A DNA stretch of 64,000 nt, from the NCBI GenBank assembly GCA_964016885.1, contig OZ024740.1:25792001-25856000 (forward strand), in the 5' to 3' direction. The notes below the pieces were generated by a model. The model was not told where the DNA came from, ran no database searches, and was given only the letters and a program-made list of their open reading frames with translations. Every line of letters begins with the position of its first letter. Position 1 is the first letter of the stretch. Of the stretch, positions 1 through 8,351 are shown piece after piece. Made by a program: the position numbers and the translations under genes. The DNA comes from Eledone cirrhosa. Taxonomy: Eukaryota.

Positions 1-3000
1 AGTTGTAGTTACTTCTATTGTAGTTGTAGTTATTTCTATTGTAGTTGTAGTTACTTCTATTGTAGTTGTAGTTACTTCTATTGTAGTTGTAGTTACTTCT
101 ATTGTAGTTGTAGTTACTTCTATTGTAGTTGTAGTTATTTCTATTGTAGATGTAGTTACTTCTATTGTAGTTGTAGTTATTTCTATTGTAGTTGTAGTTA
201 CTTCTCTTGTAGTTGTAGTTACTTCTATCGTAGTTGTAGTTACTTCTATTGTAGTTGTAGTTACTTCTATTGTAGTTGTAGTTAATTCTATTGTAGTTGT
301 AGTTACTTCTATTGTAGTTGTAGTTACTTCTATTGTAGTTGTAGTTACTTCTATTGTAGTTGTAGTTACTTCTAGTGTAGTTGTAATTAAGTCTATTGTA
401 GTTGTAGTTACTTCTATTGTAGTTGTAGATACTTCTATTGTAGTTGTATATACTTGTATTGTAGTTGTAGTTACTTCTATTGTAGTTGTAGTTACTTCTA
501 TTGTAGTTGTAGTTACTTCTATTGTAGTTGTAGATACTCCTATTGTAGTTGTAGTTACTTCTATTGTAGTTGTAGTTACTTCTATTGTAGTTGTAGTTAC
601 TTCTATTGTAGTTGTATTTACTTCTATTGTAGTTGTAGATACTTCTATTGTAGTTGTAGTTACTTCTATTGTAGTTGTAGTTATTTCTATTGTAGTTGTA
701 GTTACTTCTATTGTAGTTGTATTTACTTCTATTGTAGTTGTAGATACTTCTATTGCAGTTGTAGTTACTTCTATTGTAGTTGTAGTTACTTCTATTGTAG
801 TTGTAGTTATTTCTATTGTAGTTGTAGATACTCCTATTGTAGTTGTAGATACTTCTATTGTAGATGTAGATACTTCTATTGTAGTTGTAGAAGCTTCTAT
901 TGTAGATGTTGTTACTCCTATTGTAGTTGTAGTTACTTCTATTGTAGTGGTAGTTACTTCTATTGTAGTTGTAGTTACTTCTTTGTAGTTGTAGTTACTT
1001 CTATTGTAGTTGTAGATACTCCTATTGTAGTTGTAGTTACTTCTATTGTAGTCGTAGATACTTCTATTGTAGTTGTAGTTATTTCTATTGTAGTTGTAGT
1101 TACTTCTCTTGTAGTTGTCGTTACTTCTATTGTTGTTGTAGTTACTTCTATTGTAGTTGTAGTTACTTCTATTGTAGTTGTAGTTACTTCTATTGTAGTT
1201 GTAGTTATTTCTATTGTAGGTGCAGTTACTTCTATTGTAGTTGTAGTTACTTCTATTGTAGGTGTAGTTACTTCTATTGTAGTTGTAGTTACTTCTATTG
1301 TAGTTGTAGTTATTTCTATTGTAGTTGTAGTTACTTCTATTGTAGTTGTAGTTACTTCTATTGTAGTTGTAGTTACTTCTATTGTAGTTGTAGTTACTTC
1401 TATTGTAGTTGTAGTTACTTCTACTGTAGTTGTAGTTACTTCTATTGTAGTTGTAGTTATTTCTATTGTAGTTGTAGTTACTTCTATTGTAGTTGTAGTT
1501 ACTTCTATTGTATTTGTAGTTACTTCTATTGTAGTTGTAGTTACTTCTATTGTAGTTGTAGTTACTTCTATTGTAGTTGTAGTTACTTCTATTGTAGTTG
1601 TAGTTACTTCTATTGTAGTTGTAGTTACTTCTATTGTAGTTGTAGTTACTTCTATTGTAGTTGTAGTTATTTCTATTGTAGTTGTAATTACTTCTATTGT
1701 AGTTGTAGTTGTTTCTATTGTAGTTGTAGTTACTTCTATTGTAGTTGTAGTTACTTCTATTGTAGTTGTAGTTATTTCTATTGTAGTTGTAGTTACTTCT
1801 ATTGTAGTTGTAGTTACTTCTATTGTATTTGTAGTTACTTCTATTGTAGTTGTAGTTACTTCTATTGTAGTTGTAGTTATTTCTATTTTAGTTGTAGATA
1901 CTTCTATTGTAGTTGTAGTTACTTCTATTGTAGTTGTAGTTACTTCTATTGTAGTTGTAGTTACTTCTATTGTAGTTGTAGTTACTTCTATTGTAGTTGT
2001 AGTTATTTCTATTGTAGATGTAGTTACTTCTATTGTAGTTGTAGTTATTTCTATTGTAGTTGTAGTTACTTCTCTTGTAGTTGTAGTTACTTCTATTGTA
2101 GTTGTAGTTACTTCTATTGTAGTTGTAGTTACTTCTATTGTAGTTGTAGTTACTTCTATTGTAGTTGTATTTATTTCTATTGTAGTTGTAGTTACTTCTA
2201 TTGTAGTTGTAGTTACTTCTATTGTAGTTGTAGTTACTTCTATTGTAGTTGTAGTTATTTCTATTGTAGTTGTAGTTACTTCTATTGTAGTTGTAGTTAC
2301 TTCTATTGCAGTTGTAGTTACTTCTATTGTAGTTGTAGTTACTTATCTTGTAGTTGTAGTTATTTCTATTGTACTTGTAGTTACTTCTCTTGTAGTTGTA
2401 GTTACTTCTATTGTAGTTGTAGTTATTTCTATTGTAGTTGTAGTTACTTCTATTGTAGTTGTAGTTACTTCTATTGTAGATGTAGTTACTTCTATTGTAG
2501 TTGTAGTTACTTCTATTGTAGTTGTAGTTACTTCTATTATAGTTGTATTTACTTCTATTGTAGTTGTAGTTACTTCTATTGTAGTTGTAGTTATTTCTAT
2601 TGTAGTTGTAGTTACTTCTATTGTAGTTGTAGTGACTTCTATTGCAGTTGTAGTTACTTCTATTGTAGTTGTAGTTATTTCTATTGTAGTAGTAGTTACT
2701 TGTATTGTAGTTGTAATTAAGTCTATTGTAGTTGTAGTTACTTCTATTGTAGTTGTAGTTACTTCTATTGTAGTTGTAGTTATTTCTATTGTAGTAGTAG
2801 TTACTTGTATTGTAGTTGTAATTAAGTCTATTGTAGTTGTAGTTACTTCTATTGTAGTTGTAGTTACTTCTCTTGTAGTTGTAGTTACTTCTATTGTACT
2901 TGTAGTTATTTCTATTGTAGTTGTAGATACTCCTATTGTAGTTGTAGATACTTCTATTGTAGATGTAGATACTTCTATTGTAGTTGTAGAAGCTTCTATT

Positions 3001-6000
3001 GTAGATGTTGTTACTCCTATTGTAGTTGTAGTTACTTCTAGTGTAGTGGTAGTTACTTCTATTGTAGTTGTAGTTACTTCTATTGTAGTTGTAGTTACTT
3101 CTATTGTAGTTGTAGATACTCCTATTGTAGTTGTAGTTACTTCTATTGTAGTTGTAGATACTTCTATTGTAGTTGTAGTTATTTCTATTGTAGTTGTAGT
3201 TACTTCTCTTGTAGTTGTCGTTACTTCTATTGTTGTTGTAGTTACTTCTATTGTAGTTGTAGTTACTTCTATTGTAGTTGTAGTTACTTCTATTGTAGTT
3301 GTAGTTATTTCTATTGTAGGTGCAGTTACTTCTATTGTAGTTGTAGTTACTTCTATTGTAGTTGTAGTTACTTCTATTGTAGTTGTAGTTACTTCTATTG
3401 TAGTTGTAGTTATTTCTATTGTAGTTGTAGTTACTTCTATTGTAGTTGTAGTTACTTCTATTGCAGTTGTAGTTACTTCTATTGTAGTTGTAGTTACTTC
3501 TCTTGTAGTTGTAGTTATTTCTATTGTACTTGTAGTTATTTCTATTGTAGTTGTAGTTATTTCTATTGTAGTTGTAGTTACTTCTCTTGTAGTTGTAGTT
3601 ACTTCTATTGTAGTTGTAGTTATTTCTATTGTAGTTGTAGTTACTTCTATTGTAGTTGTAGTTACTTCTATTGTAGTTGTAGTTACTGCTATTGTAGTTG
3701 TAGTTACTTCTATTGTAGTTGTAGATACTTCTATTGCAGTTGTAGTTATTTCTATAGCAGTTGTAGATACTCCTATTGTAGTTTTAGATACTTCTATTGT
3801 AGATGTAGATACTTATATTGTAGTTGTAGAAGCTTCTATTGTAGTTGTAGTTATTTCTATTGTACGTGTAGTTACTTCTATTGTAGTTGTAGTTACTTCT
3901 ATTGTAGGTGTAGTTACTTCTATTGTAGTTGTAGTTACTTCTATTGTAGTTGTAGTTACTTCTATTGTAGTTGTAGTTACTTCTATTGTAGTTGTAGTTA
4001 CTTCTATTGTAGTTGTAGTTACTTCTATTGTAGTTGTAGATACTTCTATTGTAGTTGTAGTTACTTCTATTGTAGTTGTAGTTATTTCTATTGTAGTTGT
4101 AGTTACTTCTATTGTAGTTGTATTTACTTCTATTGTAGTTGTAGATACTTCTATTGTAGTTGTAGTTACTTCTATTGTAGTTGTAGTTACTTCTATTGTA
4201 GTTGTAGTTATTTCTATTGTAGTTGTAGATACTCCTATTGTAGTTGTAGATACTTCTATTGTAGATGTAGATACTTCTATTGTAGTTGTAGTTACTTCTA
4301 TTGTAGTTGTAGTTACTTCTATTGTAGTTGTAGTTACTTCTATTGTAGTTGTAGTTATTTCTATTGTAGCTGTAGTTATTTCTATTGTAGTTGTAATTAC
4401 TTCTATTGTAGTTGTAGTTACTTCTATTGTAGTTGTAGTTACTTCTATTGTAGTTGTAGTTACTTCTATTGTAGTTGTAGTTATTTCTATTGTAGTTGTA
4501 GTTACTTCTATTGTAGTTGTAGTTACTTCTATTGTATTTGTAGTTACTTCTATTGTAGTTGTAGTTACTTCTATTGTAGTTGTAGTTATTTCTATTGTAG
4601 TTGTAGTTACTTCTATTGTAGTTGTAGTTACTTCTATTGTAGTTGTAGTTACTTCTATTGTAGTTGTAGTTACTTCTATTGTAGTTGTAGTTATTTCTAT
4701 TGTAGATGTAGTTACTTCTATTGTAGTTGTAGTTATTTCTATTGTAGTTGTAGTTACTTCTCTTGTAGTTGTAGTTACTTCTATTGTAGTTGTAGTTACT
4801 TCTATTGTAGTTGTAGTTACTTCTATTGTAGTTGTAGTTACTTCTATTGTAGTTGTAGTTATTTCTATTGTAGTTGTAGTTACTTCTATTGTAGTTGTAG
4901 TTACTTCTATTGTAGTTGTATTTACTTCTATTGTAGTTGTAGTTACTTCTATTGTAGTTGTAGTTATTTCTATTGTAGTTGTAGTTATTTCTATTGTAGT
5001 TGTAGTTATTTCTATTGTAGTTGTAGTTACATCTCTTGTAGTTGTAGTTACTTCTATTGTAGTTGTAGTTATTTCTATTGTAGTTGTAGTTACTTCTCTT
5101 GTAGTTGTAGTTATTTCTATTGTACTTGTAATTATTTCTATTGTAGTTGTAGTTATTTCTATTGTAGTTGTAGTTACTACTCTTGTAGTTGTAGTTACTT
5201 CTATTGTAGTTGTAGTTATTTCTATTGTAGTTGTAGTTACTTCTATTGTAGTTGTAGTTACTTCTATTGTAGTTGTAGTTACTGCTATTGTAGTTGTAGT
5301 TACTTCTATTGTAGTTGTAGATACTTCTATTGCAGTTGTAGTTATTTCTATTGCAGTTGTAGATACTCCTATTGTAGTTTTAGATACTTCTATTGTAGAT
5401 GTAGATACTTATATTGTAGTTGTAGAAGCTTCTATTGTAGTTGTAGTTATTTCTATTGTAGGTGTAGTTACTTCTATTGTAGTTGTAGTTACTTCTATTG
5501 TAGGTGTAGTTACTTCTATTGTAGTTGTAGTTACTTCTATTGTAGTTGTAGTTACTTCTATTGTAGTTGTAGTTACTTCTATTGTAGTTGTAGTTACTTC
5601 TATTGTAGTTGTAGTTACTTCTCTTGTAGTTGTAGTTACTTCTATTGTACTTGTAGTTATTTCTATTGTAGTTGTAGTTATTTCTATTGTAGTTGTAGTT
5701 ACTTCTCTTGTAGTTGTAGTTACTTCTATTGTAGTTGTAGTTATTTCTATTGTAGTTGTAGTTACTTCTATTGTAGTTGTATTTACTTCTAGTGTAGTTG
5801 TAATTAAGTCTATTGTAGTTGTAGTTACTTCTATTGTAGTTGTAGATACTTCTATTGTAGTTGTAGATACTTGTATTGTAGTTGTTGTTACTTCTATTGT
5901 AGTTGTAGTTACTTCTATTGTAGTTGTAGTTACTTCTATTGTAGTTGTAGATACTCCTATTGTAGTTGTAGTTACTTCTATTGTAGTTGTAGTTACTTCT

Positions 6001-6209
6001 ATTGTAGTTGTAGTTACTTCTATTGTAGTTGTAGTTACTTCTATTGTAGTTGTAGATACTTCTATTGTAGTTGTAGTTACTTCTATTGTAGTTGTAGTTA
6101 TTTCTATTGTAGTTGTAGTTACTTCTATTGTAGTTGTATTTACTTCTATTGTAGTTGTAGATACTTCTATTGTAGTTGTAGTTACTTCTATTGTAGTTGT
6201 AGTTACTTC
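1..6209. repeat. 21-bp tandem satellite array, left segment (consensus TTGTAGTTGTAGTTACTTCTA); continues beyond the window start
   Basis: Uninterrupted head-to-tail 21-mers with recurrent single-base variants (GAT for GTT, ATT for ACT, CCT for TCT, CTT for ATT). The monomer contains two TTGTAG subrepeats and its consensus is 11T/4G/4A/2C. Confidence 0.99.
6206..6209 (+). other. Left target-site duplication CTTC (4 bp)
   Basis: AGTTA-CTTC|TGTAGCGG on the left and CGCTATA|CTTC-TATTGTAG on the right. Removing the element and one CTTC restores a perfect satellite monomer. Confidence 0.85.
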
Positions 6210-6232
6210 TGTAGCGGTTGTCTCCCTTGTTT

Positions 6233-6330
6233 TGATTGGGGTCTGGACGGGAGGTGGAGCCCTTTCTGCAACTTCCGGTCGGAGCCCTATAGAACTGGCG
6301 GCTTTGGACTTCCTCTCTCTCTTTGCCTTT
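6233..6330 (+). promoter_or_regulatory. Putative Pol II promoter in U3 of the LTR (also present at +1772 in the 3' LTR)
   Basis: Ordered motifs: inverted CCAAT box TGATTGG (6233..6239), G-rich GGGAGGTGGAG (6249..6259), ETS-type ACTTCCGG (6271..6278), TATA-like TATAGAA (6288..6294), and a pyrimidine tract ~20-40 bp downstream as a candidate start region. These are motif matches only. Confidence 0.5.
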
Positions 6331-6508
6331 TCGGCACCAGGTCCAGAGTCTTCTCATTTGGCTCTGCCATTAATTTGGCCAACAGGCGCCTGGCTAAGGC
6401 CAGGCGCCCTCTGCCAGCCACGTTTGCCTGGCAATCAAAACGGTAACTACTAACTTTGTTTCATTCTAACATCTATCTTTGACATGTCAAGTATTCTATC
6501 TACCGTTA

Positions 6509-6546
6509 ATTAAATATTATTTACACAAACATTGTCTCGTTTTGTT
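6509..6546 (+). terminator. Putative polyadenylation signal of the LTR (ATTAAA plus downstream GT-rich element); the functional copy would be 8281..8318 in the 3' LTR
   Basis: ATTAAA at 6509..6514, CA dinucleotides ~12-17 nt later, then TTGTCTCGTTTTGTT at 6532..6546. The position fits an R/U5 boundary. Confidence 0.55.
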
Positions 6547-6576
6547 ACATTCATACAACCAGTAATCCCGCTATAT

Positions 6577-6608
6577 TGGTAACCCTAACGTGATACGAAC
6601 ACGCAGCC
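6577..6608 (+). other. Primer-binding site complementary to the tRNA-Trp 3' end, extended to ~32 nt
   Basis: TGGTAACCCTAACGTGAT matches the canonical tRNA-Trp PBS TGGTGACCCCGACGTGAT at 15/18. It is followed by A-CGAACACGCAGCC, which continues the reverse complement of metazoan tRNA-Trp (T-CGAACACGCAGCC, recalled sequence). Confidence 0.88.
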
Positions 6609-6614
6609 GTTCAT

Positions 6615-6633
6615 CGCTATAAGTGGTCACCCC
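6615..6633 (+). other. Second degenerate LTR-end plus PBS-like copy
   Basis: CGCTATA-AG-TGGTCACCCC repeats the LTR terminus CGCTATA followed by a 9/10 match to TGGTGACCCC. Confidence 0.6.
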
Positions 6634-6793
6634 CCCAAAAAAAGAAAAAAATAGCACATCTGGTTTTGTGAGTAACATTACGAATACACAGCAAATTTAG
6701 CGACAAACTATGAAAATACTCAAGGACACGCACACACGCACATGTGGAATTCGCGCAGACATACTTTTTCTCTCACGCATCAATTAACTGTCG

Positions 6794-6943
6794 CATTTCA
6801 CCAATATATATATATATATGTTTCTCGTTTCTTACAACGAACACTTTCAAAACAAAAAAAAAAAAAAACATTTCACGATATATATATATATATGTTTCTC
6901 GTTTCTTACAACGAACTCTTTCAAAACACAAAAAAAAAAAAAA
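6794..6943 (+). repeat. ~75-bp tandem duplication (2 copies) inside the element, each with an (AT)n run and a poly-A run
   Basis: CATTTCAC..(AT)n-GTTTCTCGTTTCTTACAACGAAC[A/T]CTTTCAAAACA-(A)n occurs from 6794 and from 6869. Confidence 0.92.
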
Positions 6944-7506
6944 GAAATTTGATATTCTTTAAAAAACATTTCAACAGGAACATTTATTTTCGATGAACCA
7001 TTGCCTTTTGTTCTTCGTTTTCTTCATCGTTCTAGTTTTTTTTTTTTTTTTCCAAAAGTTCACACCTATAATTATGCTGATTGAAGCCTTTCTTTTTCAT
7101 CATTGTCACTTTCAAAATTGCACTATCATTTTCTCGCGCGTTAGAAATATTTTTTTTCAACCTTGTATTGGCACGTGTAGGCAGCATAAATTCTCGATTC
7201 ACTGAGATGTCTTTACTCACAGACAGCCGCACGCCATTTATCACCAGGGATTCTTCAGCCTTAAGCTATATTCTTCTATTTGCCGGTTTATAAATTTACA
7301 ATGTAAATTTACCGTTGATAACCGCGCATTTATTAAGAATGCTTATTTCTCTGGTCGCTGGCCTCTTGACCCTTCCAGGTCAACGCATTCTCAACATCGA
7401 CCATCAACTTCGGCTGCTATTTCTAGCACTTTGCGCAACTCATTTTTTTCTAAAAAAAAAATTTTTTACTGTGAATTTAAACACCGAATACGCTCACTCA
7501 GCGAGA

Positions 7507-7551
7507 CAACAGCAGCAGCAACAGCAGCAGCAACAGCAGCAGCAACAGCAA
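7507..7551 (+). repeat. Compound CAA/CAG trinucleotide microsatellite, (CAA CAG CAG CAG)3 CAA CAG CAA
   Basis: 15 consecutive CAR triplets read directly, with a degenerate continuation to ~7580. Confidence 0.92.
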
Positions 7552-7969
7552 TATAACAGCAACAGCAATACATCAACACAGCTTCACCAAAGCCAGAGAA
7601 TTTATTTTTGCAGCACTCTTCCTGTGAGAAAATCCATTCGGAGGTTGGAAATTTCACGATGTACCACAGAACAGAAACCACCTGCATTCATTCTCTGGAA
7701 CACACTTTCTTTCCTGCTGTCATGTGATTGCACACCTGTGAACTATATTTTGAACTTTGAGCTCTTTTATTACTTTTACTTTATTACATTGTATCTTCGG
7801 GTGATGGATAGATGGATGTCCAGTCGTTCTCTGGCCAAGAGCGGTTGGCTACCTTGATATCTATCATTGATTTTTCCAAACATTCTTTTGTCGTAATTTT
7901 CATGCCTGTTACAACATTCTCGCCAACTTGCTACATATTTTCATTTCGATTTTTATACACTAAAATTCT

Positions 7970-7978
7970 GGCGGGAGG
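7970..7978 (+). other. Polypurine tract (short, one C interruption)
   Basis: GGCGGGAGG lies 3 nt (TTA) upstream of the 3' LTR start. Confidence 0.7.
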
Positions 7979-7981
7979 TTA

Positions 7982-8347
7982 TGTAGCGGTTGTCTCCCTT
8001 GTTTTGATTGGGATCTGGACGGGAGGTGGAGCCCTTTCTGCAACTTCCGGTCGGAGCCCTATAGAACTGGCGGCTTTGGACTTCCTCTCTCTCTTTGCCT
8101 TTTCGGCACCAGGTCCAGAGTCTTCTCATTTGGCTCTGCCATTAATTTGGCCAACAGGCGCCTGGCTAAGGCCAGGCGCCCTCTGCCAGCCACGTTTGCC
8201 TGGCAATCAAAACGGTAACTACTAGCTTTGTTTCATTCTAACATCTATCTTTGACATGTCAAGTATTCTATCTACCGTTAATTAAATATTATTTACACAA
8301 ACATTGTCTCGTTTTGTTACATTCATACAACCAGTAATCTCGCTATA
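7982..8347 (+). repeat. 3' LTR (366 bp)
   Basis: Starts TGTAGCGG, ends TCGCTATA, and is 363/366 identical to the 5' LTR. Confidence 0.95.
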
Positions 8348-8351
8348 CTTC
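8348..8351 (+). other. Right target-site duplication CTTC (4 bp)
   Basis: Immediately follows the LTR end defined by equal LTR length. The LTR's terminal TA also matches the satellite, so a naive alignment would over-call 5-6 bp. Confidence 0.85.

Larger units (their letters stand above)
6210..6575 (+). repeat. 5' LTR (366 bp)
   Basis: Starts TGTAGCGG and ends CCGCTATA. Matches 7982..8347 except 6241 G/8013 A, 6453 A/8225 G and 6568 C/8340 T by manual comparison. Confidence 0.95.
6210..8347 (+). mobile_element. Non-autonomous LTR retrotransposon (TRIM/LARD-like, 2,138 bp), probably Ty3/Gypsy-derived
   Basis: Two 366-bp direct repeats 1,772 bp apart, a 4-bp TSD, terminal inverted repeats TGTAGCG...CGCTATA, a PBS 1 nt after the 5' LTR and a purine tract before the 3' LTR. 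The 1,406-bp interior has no recognisable gag/pol ORF. The Gypsy assignment is inferred from the 4-bp TSD and tRNA-Trp PBS. Confidence 0.93.

Noticed and set aside
6204-6220. Homology-directed insertion, because the LTR start TGTAG and end TA resemble the satellite
   Set aside because: TGTAG is a common LTR start and is out of phase with the satellite at the junction. A clean TSD indicates ordinary integrase-mediated insertion.
6577-6608. tRNA-Trp gene or tRNA-derived SINE on the minus strand
   Set aside because: Only the 3' ~32 nt are present, they include the post-transcriptional CCA, there is no anticodon or D arm or A-box, and the position immediately after the LTR identifies it as a PBS.
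6742-7293. Short ORFs of 70-84 aa in the element interior
   Set aside because: They run through (AT)n and poly-A/T tracts, overlap in several frames and have low-complexity products.
7180-7860. Degenerate protease/integrase remnants (e.g. TEMSLL, NIDHQL, QKPPAF)
   Set aside because: Only vague 4-6-residue resemblances, with no D(T/S)G, YxDD, zinc-knuckle or DDE motifs. This cannot be supported without a profile search.
7812-8225. 137-aa ORF running into the 3' LTR; both LTRs keep a stop at the same codon (TAA/TAG)
   Set aside because: It is mostly U3/R sequence with no recognisable homology. A single synonymous stop change is not evidence of selection.
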